In this document: in pieces, positions 17,787-26,191 of the stretch
Layout: each line of letters starts with the position of its first letter
How positions within the stretch are numbered: the first letter of the stretch is position 1
Assembly: GCA_964408965.1 (NCBI GenBank)
Contig: CAYPBL010000002.1
Location: forward strand, 24,856 to 88,855
Origin: an uncultured Phycisphaeraceae bacterium
GTDB lineage: Bacteria > Planctomycetota > Phycisphaerae > Phycisphaerales > UBA1924
Direction of reading: 5' to 3'
Length of the DNA stretch: 64,000 bases
The notes under the pieces: model-generated
Database searches by the model: none
What the model was told of the DNA's origin: nothing
What the model saw: only the letters and a program-made list of their open reading frames with translations
Position numbers and translations under genes: made by a program

Positions 17787-19993
17787 GCGCTGGCCCGCTC
17801 CTCCACCTGCTGCTCCTGGCGCATCTCCACTGCCTCCGCCAGCGCCGAGCGCCGCGGAATCTCGCCTGTCCGCAGCCTGTCGTCCACGCGAGAGGCATAG
17901 GGGGAAAGAATCGACGACCGGCTGACGCTGCGGTGCACGTCGCTGGGCTGCGCCCGGTTGAACACAACCCCCACACAACGGCCTCCGAGCTCGTCGATCC
18001 GCTGCAGCGTCGCCTGGGCAAGCTTGACGCTCTGTCCGCGCGGAGCCACCACAAGCGTGCGGTCCACCGCGGACACGAACAGGTTGGCTTCAAGCGAGCC
18101 CAGCAACGGCCCTGTGTCGATGAGCACCACATCGAATCGGTCGCGAAGCTGCTGCAGCGTCTTGCGCACACTGGTGGTGGACAACTCTTCGGGCTTGCGA
18201 GCCTTTCGAGCTCCGCGAGGCAGGACGAACATCCCCTTGGCGCCGACGCTGCGCACCTCGCCGTCCACCTCGCCCGATTCGAAGCACTCCGAAAGCCCTG
18301 CAGCGTCGCGCAGCTTCAACTCGTCGGTGAGCCCTCCGCCGACCAGATCGCCGTCCACCACCAGCGTCCGCCAGCCTGCAGAGGCGAAGGACAACCCCAG
18401 GGCAAGCGTCAGGCTGGTCTTCCCCGCCTGAGCAGCGGCGCTGGTGACAGCGATGGTCCGCACGCCGTCACGCTCGATTTCCAAGGAGAGGATGTTGCGC
18501 AGCTGATGAATGCTGGCGCCCGCCATCTCCTTGTCCATGCTCGAGCCTCGTGTCAGATCGGGCAGCGAGCCGATCAACGGCGCCCGAGCAAGCCACTGCG
18601 CGTCGTCGATGTAGCGCCATCTCCTGTCCAGCAACCCCACGAATCCAAAGAGCCCCAGGACGCCCCCGCCGAAGGCCAGCGCCCCGAACGCCGCCAGCGG
18701 CAGACGCCTGTCCTTCGAAGGCGCAAGCGGCAGCTCGCCCCACGAGGCAACCGTCACTCTGCCAATCGCAGCGTTCTGGCTCTCGACGCGCAGCGCCTCG
18801 AGCTCCCGTCGGGCCATCGACAGCTGCTCCTCCACGTCGTGCAGCTGATCCTCCAGCCTGGACAGCTCCAACCTCTTGCGTCCGAGCTCACGCACATCGG
18901 CCCGCAGCGTCTCACGTCTTGTGCGCAGATCAGCAAGCATGGCCTTGATCGCCGCCACGGACAGCATGGCGTCCGAAGCGCCTCCTCCATTGGGACGCTG
19001 CGCCAGGTTCCGCAGCGCCACCGCGCGCCGCGCGTCGATCTGCGCCTGGACCGAATCGAGCCTGGATCGCAACTCGACCATGTGCCTGTTGTTGGGACCG
19101 AGCCTTTGGCCGTCGACGCGAATCTGCGCCTTGATCGCGTCCCGCTGCGCCAGCAGCTGCGCCAGCGTCCGATCGCGCATCGCCAAGGCCTCATCCGACG
19201 TGTCCAAGGCAGCGGAGGCCTGCTCCTCCGTCTCTCCCGCAGCCACCCTGCGGTTGAGCTCCAGCTCGAGCTCCGCAATCCGCCGCTCCATCTCGTCCAG
19301 CGCCGAGGCTCGCGACTCGTGCAGTCTGCGCAGCGTGTCCGCAGAGCCCGTCTCCTCCGCCACCTCGAAGATGCTCGTCCGCAACGAGCTGGCGCGGTTG
19401 CTCAACTCGCGCTCGATGTTCTCCAGGGCCCTTTCGCGCGTCGTCTTGACCAGGCCGTCGCGCTCCCCGAAGAGCTCCTCGTACGCCCGCAACACCGCGT
19501 TGACCGCCGCCTGCGCCTGCGCAGGATCGGGTCGGGTGACGCGCACGAAGATGAGCGAACTGCGGCGGGGTCTGGCGATCTCCAGCGAGCTGCGCAGCTG
19601 GGCCAGCCCATCGAACCCTCCCGGCCACCCCGCCTCATGGAGCTTCGGATCCTCCAGAGCCTTGTCCAGCACTCTGCGGTCGGAAAGGAACCGGGCCTGC
19701 GCCTCGGCAAACTGATCGAGGCTGTCCAACGGCGCATTCTCCTCGGTCTCGAACAGCACTTTCGGAATGGAGTACTGCACCTGAACCAGCCCTTCGCTGG
19801 TGTACAGGGGAGGCAGAGCGTTGTACCCCAGATGCGCTCCGACAGGCGCAGCCAACAGCGCCAGCGGCACAGCCCATCGGTACCTGCCCCGCAGCAGTCT
19901 GTGCACAAAGACCAGCGGATTGACAGGCTGGGCCGGCGCTGCGCCCTCCACAGGCCACTGCTCGACCGTCGCGTTGTCCTGCGTCTCAGTCAC
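17783..19993 (-). CDS. Polysaccharide co-polymerase/chain-length determinant fused to a Wzc/EpsG-like P-loop ATPase domain
   Basis: GTG 19993 lies 6 nt after AAGGAGG. There is an N-terminal TM segment, a long coiled-coil periplasmic region, a second TM segment, then Walker A-like SAAAQAGKTS, A' LVVDGDL and B VVLIDTGP. Confidence 0.85.
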   Translation of the reverse strand: MTETQDNATVEQWPVEGAAPAQPVNPLVFVHRLLRGRYRWAVPLALLAAPVGAHLGYNALPPLYTSEGLVQVQYSIPKVLFETEENAPLDSLDQFAEAQARFLSDRRVLDKALEDPKLHEAGWPGGFDGLAQLRSSLEIARPRRSSLIFVRVTRPDPAQAQAAVNAVLRAYEELFGERDGLVKTTRERALENIERELSNRASSLRTSIFEVAEETGSADTLRRLHESRASALDEMERRIAELELELNRRVAAGETEEQASAALDTSDEALAMRDRTLAQLLAQRDAIKAQIRVDGQRLGPNNRHMVELRSRLDSVQAQIDARRAVALRNLAQRPNGGGASDAMLSVAAIKAMLADLRTRRETLRADVRELGRKRLELSRLEDQLHDVEEQLSMARRELEALRVESQNAAIGRVTVASWGELPLAPSKDRRLPLAAFGALAFGGGVLGLFGFVGLLDRRWRYIDDAQWLARAPLIGSLPDLTRGSSMDKEMAGASIHQLRNILSLEIERDGVRTIAVTSAAAQAGKTSLTLALGLSFASAGWRTLVVDGDLVGGGLTDELKLRDAAGLSECFESGEVDGEVRSVGAKGMFVLPRGARKARKPEELSTTSVRKTLQQLRDRFDVVLIDTGPLLGSLEANLFVSAVDRTLVVAPRGQSVKLAQATLQRIDELGGRCVGVVFNRAQPSDVHRSVSRSSILSPYASRVDDRLRTGEIPRRSALAEAVEMRQEQQVEERASA

Positions 19994-20687
19994 GACCCCC
20001 TCCTTCGCGCACCGCCTGCAGGGCAGGCGCCAGCGCCTCCGCGAACATCTGGGCCAGTTCGAGCCGCTTCGACTCGGGAATCCTCTCCCCAGCGATGATT
20101 TGCACCTGCGCGGCGCCGAGCCCCGCAGCGTCGGCCCTTCGCGACGCCTCGTCCAGGGCGTCCATGTCCGCAGCGAAGCGGCCGCCTGGCAGCGCAAAGA
20201 AGTTGACAATCCGCAAGGCGCGCTCCCTGCCGTCGAGGAACTGCCGAAACACGTAATCCGTAGCGGGAATGCGCCACCGGCCCGCCCGCAGCGTCACACG
20301 CCGCTGCTCGACGGGCGAGCCCCACCCCTGATTCTTATAGCATATAGGTGGATAATGCCCCTGCATGTCGCGGGTGTCGCCGCAATGCACGAAGAGCACG
20401 CTGACCGTCCTTCCTGTGGCGGGCTCGACGAAGCGCCGCTGCATCAGAACGTTGGGCTTGAGCAGCTTGACCGCAGCGGGCGGAGCCTCCACGTCGGTCC
20501 CCACCCAGTCGCCCACACGATACGGGAAGGCCTCAGCAGCCTGCTTGACGCGATCGAAATGCGCCCTCGCCCACGACGGCGTCTGCACGCCGACAGGCAG
20601 CAGGGGTCGAAGCCCCAGCATCAGCGCAGCAGCCAGCGCAGGCGCCAGCGCGTCGAGCAGCCGTCGCGTTGTCACGCGTCCACCCAC
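19986..20687 (-). CDS. epsI: Exosortase-associated EpsI-family protein
   Basis: N-terminal TM segment and the motif GHYPPICYKNQGWG (the H-x-P-x-x-C...GW signature of EpsI/DUF3485). It lies immediately downstream of the exosortase. GTG start at 20687; GTG 20675 is an alternative. Confidence 0.8.
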   Translation of the reverse strand: MGGRVTTRRLLDALAPALAAALMLGLRPLLPVGVQTPSWARAHFDRVKQAAEAFPYRVGDWVGTDVEAPPAAVKLLKPNVLMQRRFVEPATGRTVSVLFVHCGDTRDMQGHYPPICYKNQGWGSPVEQRRVTLRAGRWRIPATDYVFRQFLDGRERALRIVNFFALPGGRFAADMDALDEASRRADAAGLGAAQVQIIAGERIPESKRLELAQMFAEALAPALQAVREGGGRD

Positions 20688-21553
20688 TACTCCCCCGCCA
20701 CTTCATAGGGCGTGATCGGCGCCTCCAGCCACCGAAGCAGCGCCACAATCCCCCACAACATGCCCAGCGCCACAAGCAGCACAGCCCACCCGCTCACGTC
20801 GTGAAACAGCTCCGCGACGTCCTGACTGCTGTAGCCGTAGAACAACACTGTAGGCGCCAGCCTGATGATGTTCACCAGCAGCGCCACCAGCGGACTGAGG
20901 GCCAGGAGCAGCAGCCGAACGCTGTTGCGCATCGGCGTCGAGAAGACGAAGGCGTACGTCACCAGGGCCAGCGCCGAGACCATCCGCATGCCGTTGCAGG
21001 CCTCGGCCACCTGCACGTCGAAGCCGTTGATGGTCAGCAGGTTGCCCGCCCGCTCCACAGGCACGCCAAAGAGGTCCAGTCCCCAGTGCACGATCGCGGC
21101 GGAGTGCTCCTGCAGATGCTGGGCCACAGGCGCCCGGACCCTGCCGGGTACAGGCATCAGAAAGACCATCGCCCCAAAGCAGGGCAGAAACATCCACACG
21201 ACCATCGGCCCAGCGACCGTCACCACCGCCCCGACCAGGACCGCGATCGCCCCCATGTGCCTGGCGATGTCGTAGCCGAAGCGGAAGCCGAAGGCCGCCA
21301 GCAGGAGCCCCGCAGCAATCATCGCAGGTCCCAGCAGCGAGCGTCTGGGCCTGAGTCTGCGCAGCCTGGCCCTGCGGGTCCAGAACAGCCAGGCGATCAC
21401 GAAGGGCGCCAGCAGAATGTGCGACTGCTCTTCACTCCGCCAGCCGAACAGAAACACCTCCCGCCACACCGTCCACATGCTCACGACAGCGAGCCCCGAC
21501 AGCGTCAGCAGCAGGGTGAGGTCGACCCGATCCCAGCTTCGCAGCCCCTTCAT
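20687..21553 (-). CDS. Exosortase (EpsH/Xrt family polytopic membrane transpeptidase)
   Basis: Multi-TM protein with the Cys block VQVAEACNGMRMVSAL and the Arg block LLVNIIRLAPTV. It is adjacent to epsI and next to PEP-CTERM-type substrates. ATG 21553 overlaps the upstream TGA by 1 nt; GTG 21556 is an alternative. Confidence 0.85.
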   Translation of the reverse strand: MKGLRSWDRVDLTLLLTLSGLAVVSMWTVWREVFLFGWRSEEQSHILLAPFVIAWLFWTRRARLRRLRPRRSLLGPAMIAAGLLLAAFGFRFGYDIARHMGAIAVLVGAVVTVAGPMVVWMFLPCFGAMVFLMPVPGRVRAPVAQHLQEHSAAIVHWGLDLFGVPVERAGNLLTINGFDVQVAEACNGMRMVSALALVTYAFVFSTPMRNSVRLLLLALSPLVALLVNIIRLAPTVLFYGYSSQDVAELFHDVSGWAVLLVALGMLWGIVALLRWLEAPITPYEVAGE

Positions 21554-22563
21554 CACGACCGCTCCCTGTGCAGCGCGTCCCGGGCCGCCCTTCCCCCGCA
21601 GCCGATCACAGCATCGACGACCTTCGCCCCCGCCTCCACCGCAGCGCCTGGGCAGATAATCGACCGCGCCACGACCGCCTCCCGCTCGACCACCGCCCCC
21701 GCCATGACGATCGAATCCACGACCACCGCCGTGTCCGAGACAGCCGCCTGCGGATCCAGAACCGTCACCCCAGCCCGCACCACGCCAGGCGCCAGTCGCA
21801 GCCCGGACCGACCTACGCGCTCCACCCCTCCCTCTCGCTGCACGGCGCCCAGCACGCTCCGCTCGCGCGCCAGACTCGCAGCGACGGCCAAGGCCTGCTG
21901 TCGGGTGCGGACGGGCGACGTCGCTGACTCCGCAGGCAGCTGGATCGCTTCAATGCGCAACCCTCCCCGCCGAACCTTCGGCAGCCACTGCTCCTTGAGG
22001 TCCTGATAACCGTCCTGCTGCGCCAGGGCCAGACTGCGCCTGCTGGCCAGGTACAACCCGCTGGGCGAGCCGTCCGCCTCATGCGCGATGGAGACGTCAG
22101 CGTCGCGGCGACGATGCTCCACCAGGAGCGGCGTCAGATCGCCCAGCACAGCCCTGGCTGCGTCCGCCAAGAGAAAGAGGTCGTCGTCGGCGCCTTCCTC
22201 AGCCAGGCAGACATCGCGCGCCACACCCGCAGGGCCGCGATAGGACCGGGGCTCCTGAGCAAGCTGCAGCGTCAACGCCCCCCCCTCCTCCCGCGCAGCA
22301 CAGGCGGGCGATGGCGCAGGGGAGGCCCCTCCCCAGACAATCCGCACAGCCAACGGCGTCGTCCCCTCAGCTGCAGCCAGCTGGGCGAGCTTGTCGCACC
22401 ACAGCTGCATCAGCGTCAGCCCAGGCGCCAGCAGCAGGTCCAACGGCGACAGACCTGCCTCCGCCGCCAGCGGGCTCGGCTTGAGGCCTCCCGCCAGCAG
22501 CGCGCAGGAGCGAAGACGTCCCCCCGCGCTGCGATCGGTTGGCTCGTTCCGCTCACCCATCAT
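21553..22563 (-). CDS. Uncharacterised protein resembling an NDP-sugar pyrophosphorylase with a C-terminal left-handed beta-helix; catalytic signature degenerate
   Basis: ATG 22563/22560. It has ALLAGGLKPSPL where G-G-x-G-x-R-L is expected. Hexapeptide-like C-terminus VVVDSIVMAGAVVEREAVVARSIICPGAAVEAGAKVVDAVIG. The upstream part of ORF 21553..23157 is shadow of the GT gene. Confidence 0.55.
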   Translation of the reverse strand: MMGERNEPTDRSAGGRLRSCALLAGGLKPSPLAAEAGLSPLDLLLAPGLTLMQLWCDKLAQLAAAEGTTPLAVRIVWGGASPAPSPACAAREEGGALTLQLAQEPRSYRGPAGVARDVCLAEEGADDDLFLLADAARAVLGDLTPLLVEHRRRDADVSIAHEADGSPSGLYLASRRSLALAQQDGYQDLKEQWLPKVRRGGLRIEAIQLPAESATSPVRTRQQALAVAASLARERSVLGAVQREGGVERVGRSGLRLAPGVVRAGVTVLDPQAAVSDTAVVVDSIVMAGAVVEREAVVARSIICPGAAVEAGAKVVDAVIGCGGRAARDALHRERS

Positions 22564-23794
22564 GATCCAACGCGAGGTCCACCCCTGCTTCGCGCAGCAG
22601 GGCCAGAGTTTGTTCGAACTGTGCGTCCCACGTGCGCGACCGGACGAAGGCCCTGCCAGGCTCGGGATCGAAGGCGTCGTCCGCCAGCGCCTCGCGGACC
22701 TGCTGGACGAAGCCCGCTGCGTCCTGGGCGACGCGCACCAGCTGGCCGTACGCTTCCAGCTCCCTGAAAGGCGTCGACACGATCGGCCGGCCCACCGCCA
22801 GATACTCCTTGAGCTTGACCGGATTGCAGGCTTGGATCCACTCGCTGCGGTTCCAGGGCATGATGAGGACGTCGCAGGCAGCCATGCAGGCTGCGACCGC
22901 TTCGTAGGGCTTCTGCCCAAGGGCGACCACGTTGTCGAGCCCCTCGAGCCAGCCTTCAGGCAGCGAGCAGGCGCCGACGAGGACGAACGTCGCCTCGGGG
23001 ACAGCCGCCGCGACCTTCCTGAAGAGCTCGGGGTCGAAGGTGTGGGCGTCGATCCCGCCGATGAAGCCCACCCGGGGCCTGGGCAGGTCCGCCATGTCCG
23101 CAGGCTCGCCTTCTTCGCCCGCCCCTGCGCGCGCAAAGCGGTCGTAGTCCACCCCATGCTCGACGTACGCCGCCCGCCGACAGTCGTTCGCCTCAGCCTC
23201 GAAGAGGGCCCGGGAGCAGAAGAGGGTCAGGTCCGCCCGCTCCTTGAGCCTGCGGTCGAACGCCGCGATCCGCACGGGGTCGACGCCTGTGAAGGCCTCG
23301 TAGCGGTCCGTCCGCTGGTAGACCACCGCCTGCGGCCGCAGCTGCTCGAGGACCTCCACGCCAGGAGGGCAGGCGACCCACAGCAGGGGCCTGCGGACGC
23401 CGACCCTGCGGGCCGCCCGCCCGACCTGCGCCGCCAGCAGCCGACGCGACAGCCTCCCCCCTGTGCCTCCAGGCGCCGCCAGCGGCGAGTAGACCGCCAT
23501 GCCAGGCGCCGCCTCGCGCGCCAATCCCCGCCCAAGGCTGCGCAGCTTGCGGGCCACCCTGCGCAGGAACATCCGCCCCTCGCCCACCCGAGGCGTCCGC
23601 ATGCCTATCGAGTTGACGTAGAGCGTGGGGACCCTGCCCGCGAAGCGCCGCATCATCTGCATGTCGTAGTGGCCGCGGTTGTGGTACCACCAGTCCTCAC
23701 CGCCGAAGCAGACCACGCCGTCGCAGCGCCGCAGCTGGGCCTGGCTCGCTGGCGTGTCCGGGCGACACCGAGTCTCCACAGCCTGCCTGCTCAT
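22553..23794 (-). CDS. Glycosyltransferase (GT-B fold, family 1-like)
   Basis: C-terminal GT-B half FVLVGACS...VLIMPWNRSEWIQACNPVKLKEYLAVGRPIVSTP. ATG 23794 overlaps the upstream stop (ATGA). Confidence 0.8.
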   Translation of the reverse strand: MSRQAVETRCRPDTPASQAQLRRCDGVVCFGGEDWWYHNRGHYDMQMMRRFAGRVPTLYVNSIGMRTPRVGEGRMFLRRVARKLRSLGRGLAREAAPGMAVYSPLAAPGGTGGRLSRRLLAAQVGRAARRVGVRRPLLWVACPPGVEVLEQLRPQAVVYQRTDRYEAFTGVDPVRIAAFDRRLKERADLTLFCSRALFEAEANDCRRAAYVEHGVDYDRFARAGAGEEGEPADMADLPRPRVGFIGGIDAHTFDPELFRKVAAAVPEATFVLVGACSLPEGWLEGLDNVVALGQKPYEAVAACMAACDVLIMPWNRSEWIQACNPVKLKEYLAVGRPIVSTPFRELEAYGQLVRVAQDAAGFVQQVREALADDAFDPEPGRAFVRSRTWDAQFEQTLALLREAGVDLALDHDG

Positions 23795-25026
23795 GCTCCC
23801 GCTCCCAAAGGCGCCCCGCCTCGCCGCCCCCGCAGGCCCTCCAGCGACTGCGCGATCCGCTCGCCGATCGCCAGGCAGGCCGTCGCCGCAGGGGAGGGCG
23901 CGTTGAGCACGTGGACGCAGCGGCTGGTGCGCTGGAGGAGGAAATCCTTGACCAGCTCGCCGTCGGCCGTGATCGCCTGGGCCCGCACGCCGCTGCGCGA
24001 GCGGACCAGGTCGGCGCTGCGCACAGCCGGCGCCAGCCGCTGCACGGCGCGGGCGAAGGCTCGTCCGCTCGCCGTCAGGGCCAGCTCGCGCGCGCCGGTG
24101 CGCCAGTTGTGTCGGAGGAAGGTCCGCAGTCCTCGGTGGCGCAGCAGCTCCAGAGCGTCGCGCGCAGCGAAGCTCCCCAGCCTGTAGCCCTCGCGGCGCA
24201 GGGCGAGCGACGCGTTGGGCCCCGCCTCGACCACACCATCGACCCGCCGCGTCAGGTGCACGCCCAGGAAGGGAAACCTCGGATCGGGAACGGGGTAGAT
24301 CAGCCCTCGCACCAGGTCCGCCGACGAGCCCGTCAGCCGCCAGAAGGCGCCGCGGAAGGGCGCGATCGTCGCTTGCGGCTCACAGCCCAGCGCCAACGCC
24401 ACGCGGTCGGCGTGGAGCCCTGCGCAGTTGACCAGCCAGGAGGCGCAGAACCTGCCCGCGGTCGTCTCGACGACGACCCCGTCGGCCTGCTCCCTTCCCT
24501 CGACGACGCGGGCGCCTGTGGCGACGGCGCCGCCCCGCTCGACCACGAGCGCCGCCATCACCCGAGCGACCGCTGCGAAGTCCACCACGCCGGTCTGGGG
24601 AATCCACAGGCCCGCAAGCGCCGGGCAGGCGGGCTCGACGCGCGCCACCCCGGCGCGATCGAGCCGCTCCACGCCTGCAAGGCCGTTGGCCCGCGCCCGC
24701 TCCTCCAGCTGGGCAAGGCTCGCAAGCTCGCGCTCCTCCATCGCCGCGACCAGCTTGCCGCAGCGACGGTGGGCCACGCCGTGCTCCTGGCAGAAGCGAT
24801 ACAGCGCCTCGCGCCCCTTGGCGCAGAGCCTGGCCTTCTGCGAGCCAGGCGGGTAGTACAGCCCCGCGTGCACGACGCCGCTGTTGCGTCCGCTCTGGTG
24901 CATCGCGACGCTGCGCTCCTTCTCGAGCGCGACGACGCGCAGGCCGGGGGCCTTCGTCTGGGCCGCCAGCGCCGTCGCCAGCCCCACCAGGCCGCCGCCG
25001 ACGACGAGCAGGTCAGCCCGCTCCAT
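23791..25026 (-). CDS. lhgO: FAD-dependent L-2-hydroxyglutarate oxidase/dehydrogenase-like protein
   Basis: DLLVVGGGLVGLATA (dinucleotide fold). The blocks HQSGRNSGVVHAGLYYPPGS, PFRG.FW, LIYPVPDPRFPFLGVHLTR..DG and VLNAPSPAATA line up with E. coli LhgO/YgaF as I remember it. ATG 25026. Confidence 0.8.
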   Translation of the reverse strand: MERADLLVVGGGLVGLATALAAQTKAPGLRVVALEKERSVAMHQSGRNSGVVHAGLYYPPGSQKARLCAKGREALYRFCQEHGVAHRRCGKLVAAMEERELASLAQLEERARANGLAGVERLDRAGVARVEPACPALAGLWIPQTGVVDFAAVARVMAALVVERGGAVATGARVVEGREQADGVVVETTAGRFCASWLVNCAGLHADRVALALGCEPQATIAPFRGAFWRLTGSSADLVRGLIYPVPDPRFPFLGVHLTRRVDGVVEAGPNASLALRREGYRLGSFAARDALELLRHRGLRTFLRHNWRTGARELALTASGRAFARAVQRLAPAVRSADLVRSRSGVRAQAITADGELVKDFLLQRTSRCVHVLNAPSPAATACLAIGERIAQSLEGLRGRRGGAPLGAGA

Positions 25027-26191
25027 CGCTCCCCTCCTCGAGCCCCTCCGCCGCGCCGACCACCTCGAGCGCAAGCCCCAGCGCAGCTGCGCGCCGGCGG
25101 ACCTCCTGCACGTAGAGTGGGTTCATCACGACCGCCAGCCCGACCTCCCGCTGCGCAAGCGCCTCGGGCGCGACGACCTCGACGCCCGCAAGCGGCACGA
25201 ACCGGCCCTGCTTCTTCGGGTTCAGATCGACGGCGCAGTCGATGGCCTTGGCCGCCTCCGGCTCCTCCGCCATGGCGCAGAGGAACATGACGCCCTTGGT
25301 CCCCGCGCCCCAGACGCACAGGCTTTGCGCCGCCCGCTGGGCAAGGTCGCTGCGCCAGCGGCGCACGAGCGCCCCGTGCGCCTGGGCAAGCGCGTCGAGC
25401 TGGGCCTCCAGCGCCGCCCGCTCCTGCGCCTCGGGCGCAGGCGCCGGCTGCGCCTCGTCCGCGACCGCCTCGATCTGCAAATACTGCCCCCCGAAGCCTC
25501 CGCCGCTGCGCAGGACGCGAAAGCCCGCCTCGCTGCAGAGCCTGCGCAGCGCCCGCTCCGTGAAGTGCCAGCAGTGCTCGTAGAGCACGTCCCACACCGC
25601 AGCGGCCTCGAGCAGATGCGCAGCGGAGGGGACCTCCAGGTACAGCCCTGCGCCTGGCGCAAGGGCTGAGCGGATCGCCCGCAGAAAGGACAGGGGCTCC
25701 GCGATGTGCTCGAGCACGTGCCTGCATGTGACGAATGTCGGACGCAGGTCGCCTGCGCCGTCGGGGAAGGGGGCGCTGCGGACCTCCACGCCCGTCTTCT
25801 GCGAGGCTTCGCGGGCGCGCCGGGCGCTTCTGCCGGGCTCGAAGCCCACGCAGCGCCCAGCCCCCGCCTCGCGGAGCAGCTGCAGAAACTCTCCCCCCCC
25901 GCAGCCGACGTCCACCACGCACCGCAGGTTGTCCCGCCACCGCTCAGCGAGCGTGCGCGCAAGGCCCCGCGCCCAGGCGTCGAAGGTGGGCGAGACGTGG
26001 AGGGAGTTCTCGTAGGCGTCGCTGTAGGCCGCAAGGGCGGGGTCGAAGGCCGCGTTGACCAGCGCCCCCCAGCGGCCGTCCACGACCAGCTCGATCCGGC
26101 CGACCGGCGCCGCAAGCGCCGCCTCGCGCGTCGGCGCAAGGGCGTTGCACAGGGCCGGCGCCCGCTCGATGCGCAGCTGCGCCCCGCTCAC
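25013..26191 (-). CDS. Class I SAM methyltransferase with C-methyltransferase-type C-terminal domain (paralog C, no zinc ribbon)
   Basis: GTG 26191 overlaps the upstream stop (GTGA). VVDVGCGGGEF SAM motif; DVLYEHCWHFT; C-terminal VWGAGTKGV...DLNPKKQGRFVPLAGVEVVAPE. The N-terminus lacks CxxC pairs. Confidence 0.8.
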   Translation of the reverse strand: MSGAQLRIERAPALCNALAPTREAALAAPVGRIELVVDGRWGALVNAAFDPALAAYSDAYENSLHVSPTFDAWARGLARTLAERWRDNLRCVVDVGCGGGEFLQLLREAGAGRCVGFEPGRSARRAREASQKTGVEVRSAPFPDGAGDLRPTFVTCRHVLEHIAEPLSFLRAIRSALAPGAGLYLEVPSAAHLLEAAAVWDVLYEHCWHFTERALRRLCSEAGFRVLRSGGGFGGQYLQIEAVADEAQPAPAPEAQERAALEAQLDALAQAHGALVRRWRSDLAQRAAQSLCVWGAGTKGVMFLCAMAEEPEAAKAIDCAVDLNPKKQGRFVPLAGVEVVAPEALAQREVGLAVVMNPLYVQEVRRRAAALGLALEVVGAAEGLEEGSDGAG

